NCBI GenBank assembly: GCA_040285855.1
Contig: JAUFOQ010000004.1
Span: 620,001 to 684,000, forward strand
Direction of reading: 5' to 3'
DNA: 64,000 nt
From: Eukaryota sp. GEM-RC1
Lineage: Eukaryota
Below the pieces are notes generated by a model. The model made no database searches. It saw nothing but the letters and a program-made list of their open reading frames with translations, and was not told the DNA's origin. Position numbers and translations under genes: made by a program. Below, piece by piece: positions 51,781-63,712 of the stretch (positions within the stretch are counted from its first letter, which is position 1; the number at the start of each line of letters is the position of its first letter).

Positions 51781-52104
51781 GAACTGTCGGTCGGTGATTT
51801 TCAAACCGTAAAATTAAAATAGCGTATTTATAAAATTGTCATAAATACGACAGGGCTGGTCAAAAAATTGAACCGTAAATTGAACTTAAAAGAAAGATGA
51901 AAATTTAGTATAATTTAAAATTTTCCAGAATAGTTGGATCGTGTATATGGCGATTGAAAAGGTTCTGCTTTTTGCTCTAAAAGCTTTATTCCAATAACTA
52001 AAGGAAATACAATGAGGAAAATATTTGCATTTCATAAAGCTGGTCTCAAGACATATCTTGTTAATAAAACACTGCTCTAAGTGGACCAAGGAGAGAGTTC
52101 ATGG

Positions 52105-52605
52105 GGAAACATGGAGCCAAATGTCCAAATCTGGATAGGCCTAGAAAGAAGATAAGAAGAAGAAGAACTTGAGAAAGGAGCTGAAGGGAAACCGTGGGGT
52201 TTGCTCAAGTGTCAGCACTACAACACTATGTGGGACAGGGATTTCAATTGGACAACCAATATAAAGGAAATCATGAAGGTAAAAATAACTGGGAAGCCCA
52301 GGCCAACTATTCTCAGCAGAAGCTTATCTGAACAAATGATTTCTGAGATTAGTTGTGGACAAGGTCTTGAGACTGTGGAGAATGAGGAAGAGGTCCTTTG
52401 ATTGAAGATGAAAGTGAAGAAGATCAGTTTTGATCGATCAGTCTGAAACTTAGTTCTGCAAACTGTTTAGTCTACCTTAACCAGTAGGCAGCATCTAGCA
52501 TTGATTCACTATCAGAACAGACATATTCCCAAAAAAGGGAGGAAATACGTGCATTGAGGAATGTAGATCAAACTCCAGAATGATTTTACTGAGATCTTAG
52601 CATCT
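52105..52605 (+). pseudogene. Relic of a Fanzor C-terminus (second family) plus 3' non-coding region
   Basis: KPWGLLKCQHYNTMWDRDFNWTTNIKEIM...GKPRPTILSRS: zinc-finger half, RuvC-III WxRD, and a G..RP..L.R tail as seen in Fanzor C-termini. Confidence 0.7.
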
Positions 52606-52631
52606 GTCCCCCTCTTCGTATCTGATTGACC

Positions 52632-55600
52632 ATGTATGAGGAACATAAAGCGGGTCTAGGATTCACGTGTTCCACTAAGGTTCAACATCATCTTGTTTCT
52701 TACTCCAGGATATTTCGTTACTTTGTGATGCTGAAGAAACACTTCCACATCCTCAACTGTCCGATCAAGTTTACGAGCTTCAGGAGATTGTAGGCAACAG
52801 GTTTGCGTCTATTATAGTTCCCTTGTTTCTAACAGTTAAACCTGTTTCCGATTCTACTCAAAATACAGGTAGGTGACAACCCAACAATTTTTCTGACTGC
52901 AGTTTTCAATATTGGCTTGTCTGATTCCGTTGTTCAAAAGCTGGTTGAAACAACTGGTAATTCAGATTTCATTTATGATTGCTACCGCTATTTTCTAGAG
53001 TCGTATGCTACGGTTGTGCTGGAAATCCCCAGGGAACAGCTTCTCCTAGTGTGCAACAACTGTAAGGCCGAATATGATCAATCACACGATGGTGATGAAC
53101 CTCCTCTGCTCTTTTCTATTACTCAAAACTATCTCTCTTTAATCCGCTCCTTAGGTCATGATATTCCCCAAGATCCTTGTGACCAGCTTAAAATGGTTGT
53201 TCAAAAGCTCTCTGAACAAAGTGCAGAATGTGCTTACTCTGATCTTTCTGTTTCTCTTCTTCTTACAAACCAAGATGGGCAGGCTGTTACTTTTGACCCT
53301 GTCACTCAGAACTACATTGCTGTAACAGTATCTGAGTTTGCGAGTCTCAAATCTACTCCTTTGGCTGAGTCCTCTGACTCTGACTTCCAAACACTACTTG
53401 ATCGCTTCAATTCTTCTCCAGACTCTTCCTTGGAGTGCGATTCCTCTTTACTCGATGGTATAACTCTTATTGAAATGTCCACAGACCCTAAGCCACTCTC
53501 TGCAAATCTCTTGTTAGACAGACCACCAAAGAAGAAAGAGATAAAGAAACAAGAGATTTTTAAATTACTTGCGATTGCTGCTGGTATTTGCTTACTTGTT
53601 CTGCTCCTTGTTCTGTCGTTTATGTTTGTCTTCAGAACAAAGGTTTTCAATGTTTCTGGTATCATAACACATAACTCAATTGCACTTACAAATGTTAATG
53701 TTTCCCTATCTTCCATTGATTTTGGGATGTTTCAAACCTTTACTGATGAAGAAGGAAGATTCGTACTTGAAAATTTGGCGTACGGTTCTTACGTTTTCCA
53801 CTTACAGCTCGATGGATATATTCCTAAATCATTTCCTTACAACGTGGTCAAAGATGATGATGCCCTTCAATTTTCTCTGGACTTGGTGGTCTTCTCTCTT
53901 GAATTCAATGTTCTAGATGCTGAGACCTTATTGGCAATCGATTATCCTCGAGTTAAGTTTGTTTTGGACCATGATGACGTTTTTATAATTGATGGTGACA
54001 TCAATGGAACCGTTTCTGTACCAGAGTTGATCCCTGGTGTCTATGAAGTAGTTGTTATGCATCCCAGTTACTTGGAAAAGACAATGGTAATTGACGTAGA
54101 TTCTTCCAACCTGATTACTGTGGTGTTGAATCCCCATGGATTCACTGTAGACTTTACCTTGGGAGATCTAACGGGATATGATAAAACCTTTGGAGTACAT
54201 GTTGAGATTCCGTCCAGTATTAACGGTGTTCAAATAGTCTCAATTCACAACAAGGCTTTTCAAAATTTTGAGTTGGTTTCTGTTGTTATTCCAGATTCAG
54301 TAATTGAACTTGGGCTTGAAGCCTTTGCTGATAACATCTTGGAGAACGTTACTATTGGAACCAGTGTTAATGTCATTGGCATTGAATGCTTTCGAAACAA
54401 CTCTTTGAAATCCATTGTGATCCCCGATAGTGTTGAATCTATTAATGCATCAGCATTTTCCAATAACAAACTGGAAACTGTTGTTCTTGGAAGTAGTTTG
54501 GAAATCATTCAGAGCAGTGTTTTTAAAGACAATCACATCACGTCATTGACTATTCCTGATGTTGTTTCACGAATCGAGCGGTCAGCGTTTGAGTCTAATA
54601 GCATAGTAAACCTTACTCTGGGAGGTGGATTGGAATTCATTGGTGAATCAGCTTTTGCTCTCAACTTTTTATCTTCCCTCTCGATCAATGCCTCAAGAGT
54701 AGGTGAGAACGCTTTTTATGGCAATATTATCACAGAGCTAGATTTTGGTTGTGGGGTTCGAGTTATTGGTGATAGTGCCTTTGCAAACAATCAAATAACG
54801 TCACTCACTTTTGATGATGGAGTTACTGTTATTGGAAAACATGCCTTTGAACAAAATTTCATAAGTCATGTTATTTTTCCAAACACCCTTTTGACTATTG
54901 ACGAGTCTGCTTTTGGAGTATAACGGCATGTCCACCGTTGAGTTTAACCCCACTTTAAATGAAATCAGATCAGCAGCTTTCCGAAACAACCAGCTTCTAG
55001 AAGTAATTATTCCCGACTCTGTCACCGTTCTTGGAACATCCGTCTTCGAATCCAACAATTTGACTTCTGTTACGCTGGGTGCTAATTTGACTGTCATCAG
55101 TCACTCTTTGTTCCGGTCTAATTATCTTGTTGATGTTTCAATTCCTGATAATGTTCAAGTAGTTCAATCCTTTGCATTCCAGAATAATCTTCTTGTGTCT
55201 GTTAATTTATCTATTAATCTAAAGGAAATTGGGAAATATGCCTTTGAGTCTAATAGCATAGTAAACCTTACTCTGGGAGGTGGATTGGAATTCATTGGTG
55301 AATCAGCTTTTGCTCTCAATTGTTTATCTTCCCTCTCGATCAATGCCTCAAGTGTAGGTGAGAACGCTTTTTATGGCAATATGATCACAGACCTGGATTT
55401 TGGTTGTGGGGTTCGAATTATTGGTGATAGTGCCTTTGCAAACAATCAAATAACGTCACTCACTTTTGATGATGGAGTTACTGTTATCGGAAAACATGCC
55501 TTTGAGCAAAATTTCATAAGTCATGTTATTTTTCCAAACACCCTTTTGACTATTGACGAGTCTGCTTTTGAGTATAACGGTATGTCCACCGTTGAGTTTA

Positions 55601-58600
55601 ACCCTACTTTAAATGAAATCAGATCAGCAGCTTTCCGAAACAACCAGCTTCTAGAAGTAATTATTCCCGACTCTGTCACCGTTCTTGGAACATCCGTCTT
55701 CGAATCCAACAATTTGACTTCTGTTACGCTAGGTGATAATTTGACTGTCATCAGTCACTCTTTGTTCCGGTCTAATTATCTTGTTGATGTTTCAATTCCT
55801 GATACTGTTCAAGTAGTTCAATCATTTGCATTCCAGGATAATCTTCTTGTGTCTGTTGATTTATCTGTTAATCTGAAGGAAATTGGGGAATATGCATTTG
55901 AGTCTAATAGCATAGTAAACCTTACTCTGGGAGATGGATTGGAATTCATTGGTGAATCAGCTTTTGCTCTCAATTGTTTATCTTCCCTCTTGATCAATGC
56001 CTCAAGTGTGGGTGAGAACGCTTTTTATGGCAATATGATCACAGACCTGGATTTTGGTTGTGGGGTTCGAGTTATTGGTGATGGTGCCTTTGCAAACAAT
56101 CAAATAACGTCACTCACTTTTGATGATGGAGTTACTGTTATCGGAAAACATGCCTTTGAGCAAAATTTCATAAGTCATGCTAATTTTCCAAACACCCTTT
56201 TGACTATCGACGAGTCTGCTTTTGAGTATAACGGTATGTCCACCGTTGAGTTTAACCCTACTTTAAATGAAATCAGATCAGCAGCTTTCCGAAACAACCA
56301 GCTTCTAGAAGTAATTATTCCCGACTCTGTCACCGTTCTTGGAACATCCGTCTTCGAATCCAACAATTTGACTTCTGTTACGTTAGGTGATAATTTGACT
56401 GTCATCAGTCACTCTTTGTTCCGGTCTAATTATCTTGTTGATGTTTCAATTCCTGATACTGTTCAAGTAGTTCAATCCTTTGCATTCCAGGATAATCTTC
56501 TTGTGTCTGTTGGTTTATCTGTTAATCTGAAGGAAATTGGGAAATATGCATTTGAGTCTAATAGCATAGTAAACCTTACTCTGGGAGGTGGATTGGAATT
56601 CATTGGTGAATCAGCTTTTGCTCTCAACTGTTTATCTTCCCTCTTGATCAATGCCTCAAGTGTAGGTGAGAACGCTTTTTATGGCAATATGCTAACAGAC
56701 CTGGATTTTGGTTGTGGGGTTCGAGTTATCGGTGATAGTGCCTTTGCAAACAATCAAATAACTTCACTCACTTTTGATGATGGAGTTACTGTTATTGGAA
56801 AACATGCCTTTGAGCAAAATTTCAATAAGTCATGTTATTTTTCCAAACACCCTTTTGACTATTGACGAGTCTGCTTTTGAGTATAACGGCATGTCCACCG
56901 TTGAGTTTAACCCCACTTTAAATGAAATCAGATCAGCAGCTTTCCGAAACAACCAGCTTCTAGAAGTAATTATTCCCGACTCTGTCACAGTACTTGGAAC
57001 ATCCGTCTTCGAATCCAACAATTTGACTTCTGTTACGCTAGGTGTTAATTTGACTGTCATCAGTCACTCTTTGTTCCGGTCTAATTATCTTGTTGATGTT
57101 TCAATTCCTGATACTGTTCAAGTAGTTCAATCCTTTGCATTCCAGGATAATCTTCTTTTGTCTGTTGATTTATCTATTAATCTGAAGGAAATTGGGAAAT
57201 ATGCGTTTGAGTCTAATAGCATAGTAAACCTTACTCTGGGAGGTGGATTGGAATTCATTGGTGAATCAGCTTTTGCTCTCAACTTTTTGTCTTCCCTCTT
57301 GATCAATGCCTCAAGTGTAGGTGAGAACGCTTTTTATGGCAATATGATCACAGACCTGGATTTTGGTTGTGGGGTTCGAGTTATTGGTGATAGTGCCTTT
57401 GCAAACAATCAAATAACGTCACTCACTTTTGATGATGGAGTTACTTTTATTGGAAAGCATGCCTTTGAGCAAAATTTCATAAGTCATGTCATATTTCCAA
57501 ACACCCTTTTGACTATTGACGAGTCTGCTTTTGAGTATAACGGCATGTCCACCGTTCAGTTTAACCCCACTTTAAATGAAATCAGATCAGCAGCTTTCCG
57601 AAACAACCAGCTTCTAGAAGTAATTATTCCCGACTCTGTCACAGTACTTGGAACATCCGTCTTCGAATCCAACAATTTGACTTCTGTTACGTTAGGTGAT
57701 AATTTGACTGTCATCAGTCACTCTTTGTTCCGGTCTAATTATCTTGTTGATGTTTCAATTCCTGATACTGTTCAAGTAGTTCAATCATTTGCATTCCAGG
57801 ATAATCTTCTTGTGTCTGTTAATTTATCTATTAATCTGAAGGAAATTGGGGAATATGCCTTTGAGTCTAATAGCATAGTAAACCTTACTCTGGGAGGTGG
57901 ATTGGAATTCATTGGTGAATCAGCTTTTGCTCTCAATTGTTTATCTTCCCTCTTAATCAATGCCTCAAGTGTGGGTGAGAACGCTTTTTATGGCAATATG
58001 ATCACAGACCTGGATTTTCGTTGTGGGGTTCGAGTTATTGGTGATAGTGCCTTTGCAAACAATCAAATAACGTCACTCACTTTTGATGATGGAGTTACTT
58101 TTATTGGAAAGCATGCCTTTGAGCAAAATTTCATAAGTCATGTCATATTTCCAAACACCCTTTTGACTATTGACGAGTCTGCTTTTGAGTATAACGGCAT
58201 GTCCACCGTTCAGTTTAACCCCACTTTAAATGAAATCAGATCAGCAGCTTTCCGAAACAACCAGCTTCTAGAAGTAATTATTCCCGACTCTGTCACAGTA
58301 CTTGGAACATCCGTCTTCGAATCCAACAATTTGACTTCTGTTACGTTAGGTGATAATTTGACTGTCATCAGTCACTCTTTGTTCCGGTCTAATTATCTTG
58401 TTGATGTTTCAATTCCTGATACTGTTCAAGTAGTTCAATCATTTGCATTCCAGGATAATCTTCTTGTGTCTGTTAATTTATCTATTAATCTGAAGGAAAT
58501 TGGGGAATATGCCTTTGAGTCTAATAGCATAGTAAACCTTACTCTGGGAGGTGGATTGGAATTCATTGGTGAATCAGCTTTTGCTCTCAATTGTTTATCT

Positions 58601-59568
58601 TCCCTCTTAATCAATGCCTCAAGTGTGGGTGAGAACGCTTTTTATGGCAATATGATCACAGACCTGGATTTTGGTTGTGGGGTTCGAGTTATTGGTCATA
58701 GTGCCTTTGCAAACAATCAAATAACGTCACTGACTTTTGATGATGGAGTTACTGTTATCGGAAAACATGCCTTTGAGCAAAATTTCATAAGTCACGTCAT
58801 ATTTCCAAACACCCTTTTGACTATTGACGAGTCTGCCTTTGAGTATAACGGCATGTCCACCGTTGAGTTTAACCCCACTTTAAATGAAATCAGATCAGCA
58901 GCTTTCCGAAACAACCAGCTTCTAGAAGTAATTATTCCCGACTCTGTCACAGTACTTGGAACATCCGTCTTCGAATCCAACAATTTGACTTCTGTTACGT
59001 TAGGTGATAATTTGACTGTCATCAGTCACTCTTTGTTCCGGTCTAATTATCTTGTTGATGTTTCAATTCCTGATACTGTTCAAGTAGTTCAATCATTTGC
59101 ATTCCAGAATAATCTTCTTGTGTCTGTTGATTTATCTATTAATCTGAAGGAAATTGGGGAATATGCATTTGCAAACAATGAATTATCATCAATTGACTTC
59201 CCTGACAATATTACTGTTATTGGTGAAAGTGCTTTCAAAAACAACGTGTTGACTACAGTTACGATTCCACCTAATCTTCAAGTTATTGAAACGTCAGTTT
59301 TTGAAAACAATAAGATATCAACAATTGATTTTGGTTCCGTCTCCATTATTGGAGAGCGAGCTTTTTTCAAAACCATATGATGACCCTGTATTTTCCCAGT
59401 ACGTTAACAGAATTTAAGAATGAGGCGTTTGGAGAATCAGTTGCGAACATAGATATTGGTGATAATGTCATTTGTGCAGTTGGTGCCTTGAGGGGAAACT
59501 TTTGTGAAGCTTACAGTATCCATGGTAAAGGTTGGTATTACAGAATGTTGAATACTTGGAACTACTAG
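52632..59568 (+). CDS. BspA-like LRR (LRR_5) type II membrane protein, copy B, ~2300 aa; PPDK-like N-terminus
   Basis: ATG at 52632; introns 52680-52708 and 52869-52902 restore the frame. TM LLAIAAGICLLVLLLVLSFMFVF follows the basic KKKEIKK; TDEEGRFVLENLAYGSY beta-sandwich repeats; IPDSVxxIGxxAF repeats. Indels at ~54915, ~56824 and ~59365. Confidence 0.9.
54591..59170 (+). repeat. Intragenic tandem array of 7 x 654 bp (218 aa, ~10 LRRs each)
   Basis: Unit starts (gagtctaatagcatagtaaacc) at 54591, 55246, 55900, 56554, 57209, 57863 and 58517. Confidence 0.95.
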
Positions 59569-60329
59569 TATTAGTTCAAATTTAGTATTATACATTGGGT
59601 TTTTTCAAGTTTGTGAAATTTCATCTAAATGTACATTTAGGGTTTCTCCTAAATCAATATAAATTCTATTCAGAAAATAAGTGTATGGTTCACTGTTAAA
59701 TGGTCCTAGACGACCACAATGAGGCTTGGTTGCGATTTATCACCGTACAGTTTCCCAAATGATCTTCAATTTAAAACCATTGATTTTTACTTTTTCTTTT
59801 AATTTGATGTAAAAAAAACGGGGTTTATGATCAGTCAGTGAAATAAATGCATTTGCAGAAGTTAATAACTAACAGACACTAACTAAATGATATCCATTCT
59901 TTGCTGCTGAAAGAATTCAGTTCCTAATTTAGTTCAAAATGAATAGATTAGGTTGTTCTAGTTTATGGTTCAATAACTGTCCTCATATTGACCTCCAATC
60001 GATTATTTTACACTGTATTTCTTCAATCACAACACAATAAATTACTGTGAAAACAGACAAAATAGCAGTCCAATTTATTTAGAGCTGTCAACGGCTTGAG
60101 CCGAATGGTTTGGCTTGTAAAATTCCAAACTGGTTCGGATTAGGCTTGAACCATTTGAGTAAGCCGAACCAAAGTGACAAGTCGACTTGAAGCCGAGCCA
60201 AACCGATTATTTATTGTAATAATCTTGTTTATTGTTAATGATTCACCGAATAAGAAATTTATTTACATGTAAACGGATTTATTGCAATAAATACATTCAA
60301 AATATATTTTTACAACCCCTGTCACACAC

Positions 60330-60865
60330 TACAGTACTTAAATAGTGTGGACCACACTAATTTTGATTACTTTTTTCAGTCGTAGATATTAGAATTAGTG
60401 TGGACCACACTAACTATATTCCACACTAATTTTCTGAAAAAGAATTAGTGTGGATTGAAATATTTTTTAAAGATGTTATGATATTTGTAGTTGGTGTTGT
60501 GTATATTCTTGGAACAATACAAAACTATAGAAGTTCTTTCAATAATGTTTTCAATTTACTACCAATGTGAAAATTTAATTTCACTATTACAACAAGTCCT
60601 TAACTGCTGATCAAAAGCAGCCAAGATTTCAGAGCCTAATATCATGTTAAGGAATGTTGAAAAGGAAAAGCATTTATTGGTTTACGACTAGTGCTTTCAT
60701 ATAGATTTGTTCTGGTATTCAGATATTATTGATGGATTATTAAAACCCACACTAATTAAGTCCAAAATTAACACTATAAAAAAGCAAGAAAATTAGAATT
60801 GGTGTAGACCACACTAATTCTTTATCCACACTAAATACACAAATTGTTGTACTTAAATAGTGTTA
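60330..60865. repeat. Probable non-autonomous element with repeated gtgtggaccacactaa motifs
   Basis: Motif clusters at 60345-60455 and 60745-60835; gtacttaaatagtgt occurs at both ends. Confidence 0.45.
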
Positions 60866-61519
60866 GTACCATCATAAGTGGTGTATAAAGTTGTTCTTGC
60901 CCCCAAACTTCTGACTCATTCTTCAATGCCACCCGGTTCCCACCTGGGTGGAAATGAAAACCACCGACACGCCATCCATTTCCACCCATTCCTGGTGGTA
61001 TCTGGGTAGAAGTTCTCCGACACTATAGTACAACAGTACACCCTCCCATAAAGGTCGCTCTCATTTTAAAGATCATAAAATTTTCCCTGCCCACTTTTTG
61101 TCGTGTCCTTTTCGATTCCCCTGGTCATGGCATTGTGCTACATTTCTTAACATAAACTTTGTTGTTGTTCTATTTTTCATATCACATCATTATAAACCTA
61201 CTTTTCATGACACTTTCAACCAGTTGAACAGTTACAAGCGTCTACATACGTTACTTCGGTGATTTGTTCTGAAGAACAGATCTATAGGACTTCATCCCAT
61301 CAGTGCTGATTATTGAACGTTCGGCAATATTTTTCCTCAATCCCACCACTTAAATTTTGGATTATGATTGCTAGTTGTGGTAAATCCGTATCACCTTCAT
61401 TTATCAGCAAATAGTGCATAGTAGTCTTAGTATGTTTGTTTAATTATCATAAAAAGCCTGTCGTATGTTGTTCTTGTCTATACAAAGGAAAAAATCCAAC
61501 ATTGGCAAACTGTTTAATC

Positions 61520-62330
61520 GAGTTTCTTCTGATTTGATCAATCAAATTCCACAGATTTATAAATTGTTGCAGAAGGATCATCATCATCAATGGACTAAAA
61601 CATATGGACTTCGTTGTTTCTTGTGGCCCTCTAATTGACCTAATGATCTTGATTGTAGATGTGTTAAAATTAGTTACTTTTTCTGACCTTCTGAGTTGCA
61701 ACCATTTCATTACATATAGAACTTGTATTCATGATACTGTGGGAGATCAACTTCATGCAATGTGTAACTCCTACAAAATCGAATCTTTCGTTGAGCCACT
61801 GTTAAGATCACTTGAAATCAATAATATAAATAATAGCGATTCTGATAAAAATTTTGGTAAAAAACAGCGGTTGTCATAGTTCCATCAGTCAATGATGAAC
61901 TAATGGTTGTTGGTGTGATTACTGTGGATGTTTGCAAAAACAGTACATTTAAGGATGCTAAAAATGAAGTGTCCCCACTTGATGAACCAGTGACTGCTCC
62001 CAAACATACTGGGCATGTTGAGTACAAATTGTGTCCTTTTGCGATTTCAATTTATGGTCGACTTGGAAAAGATGATCTTTGTTTTCTCTCCGATTTTGAG
62101 GAAGTTGTCAAAAAAAAGAAGGAGCAATGAATTGATTTTAAGTGTTGGACGAATCGTATTGACTTTACAAAATTTACAACAATTCCGATTCTGATTTCAA
62201 AAGCTCTGACAGCTGTCGGTGGTTTTATACAGAAAAAGCTGTTGTCAACTTTAATGGCAATGAATTTTGCTTTAATGATATTGAGTTCTAGTTTTTGTAT
62301 TTATCTTACTGTTTTTGTTCCATAAACAAT
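61520..62330 (+). mobile_element. Degenerate RLE non-LTR retrotransposon 3' part
   Basis: RTCIHDTVGDQLHAMC..ESFVEPLL, VITVDVC, LCPFAISIYGRLGK; 3' tail tgtttttgttccataaaca shared with ~26020-26039. Confidence 0.75.
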
Positions 62331-62475
62331 ACCAGTAATTTGGTAAAAAAATACAAACACAACATCCCATTAAGGTAAAACTCCCATTAAGGTCTCCCAA
62401 AAGATTGCACTAATGGGAGGGTAGACTGTAGTGAATTACAAAAAGAAAGCAGAAATAACAACACAAAATAAAATG

Positions 62476-63111
62476 CAGTGTTGCGCCATTGTTTGCCATA
62501 CACGTATGGACTGCCATACGTCCATACGCCCATACGCGTATGGCATTTTCTGTTTTTGCCATACGCATTTTGACTACATGTATCTGTATTTGAACTTCTT
62601 CGACACAGAGACTCTATGAGGTGTTTATAATTATGTAGATAAATATACTTTAGTGAAAATCAAACCTCCACATCATCCATCTCATTGGAAAAATTATCAC
62701 CATCAGGATACCATCTCTGCATCCATTGCTGGATGTCTTTGATCTGAGTTCAATTGATTTGTATAGAAACCAGTTTTTGTGCGTTCCTTTTTAAGTCTGT
62801 TTTTGTTATTATCTCACTCTTTTTAAAAAATAGTTCTACAAAGTGAAAAAAGTCTGTTTCATCGTTTGTTGTGAATTAAAGAATACGTACTCAAACTCTT
62901 TCACTCGATTCTACAGAGCATACTTGTTCTACTAATTTGATGACAAATTGCAGTGTAAGAGATGGAATTTAAACAATTTGAAGTTAAGTGATGTTGGAAA
63001 GATTCTGCTAGATATGGCTTGTCGGCCATTGTCAGCCATTCTGCCATTCTACCATACGTCCATACGCCCATACGCGTATGGCAAATTTATTTTGGTTATG
63101 GCGCAACACTG
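62476..63111. mobile_element. hAT-type MITE (young)
   Basis: 14-bp perfect TIR cagtgttgcgccat with a perfect 8-bp TSD ataaaatg; subterminal ccatacg repeats. Confidence 0.92.
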
Positions 63112-63171
63112 ATAAAATGTTGAAACATCCACCTAGACCAGACACCTCACCACTTTGCCTCAACTCATCCA

Positions 63172-63381
63172 ATGTCTTCCAATCCTCCCCAAACCCCTGA
63201 AGAACTATCAAATTTTGTACAATCTCTCTTACAACAAATGCAAAGTCGCTTCGAAACTATGTCAGACACTATTCTCAAACGCATTGATGAAATGGGATCT
63301 AGAATAGACGAACTCGAGACCGGCGTTACTCAGCTTTTAGACGAGACTGGTGTAGATGTTCACCAGAAACCTCCTCAATAA
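63172..63381 (+). CDS. HSBP1: Heat shock factor binding protein 1
   Basis: ELSNFVQSLLQQMQSRFETMSDTILKRIDEMGSRIDELE. Confidence 0.92.
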   Translation: MSSNPPQTPEELSNFVQSLLQQMQSRFETMSDTILKRIDEMGSRIDELETGVTQLLDETGVDVHQKPPQ

Positions 63382-63639
63382 GTCAAAAGGTTCATCCGTT
63401 CTTCTTGTATCTGTTGTTGTTCTGTATTTTTTGTATACACCGTTTTGCATCTCTTTTACTGATCTCATCGTCATTTGTAATAAAGTGATGTTGTTTGTAC
63501 TCTTTCCATTTTCTGTTCAAGGATGAAATCACATCTTACCAATTCCAACATCGTACTGTATATACCTATCTCGAGTTATGGAAGTTCAACAGAACTGCTT
63601 TCAGAAGATCAAAAAAACATGGCATAAAAGGTTTTTCAA

Positions 63640-63712
63640 TGCTCCAACAGAGATTCGAACTCTGGACCTTTCCCTTACTAAAGGAATGCTCTACCAACTG
63701 AGCCATTGGAGC
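63640..63712 (-). tRNA. tRNA-Thr(AGT)
   Basis: Full cloverleaf GCTCCAA-TG-GCTC AGTTGGTA GAGC-A-TTCCT TTAGTAA GGGAA-AGGTC-CAGAG TTCGAAT CTCTG-TTGGAGC-A, with T-runs downstream. Confidence 0.95.
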
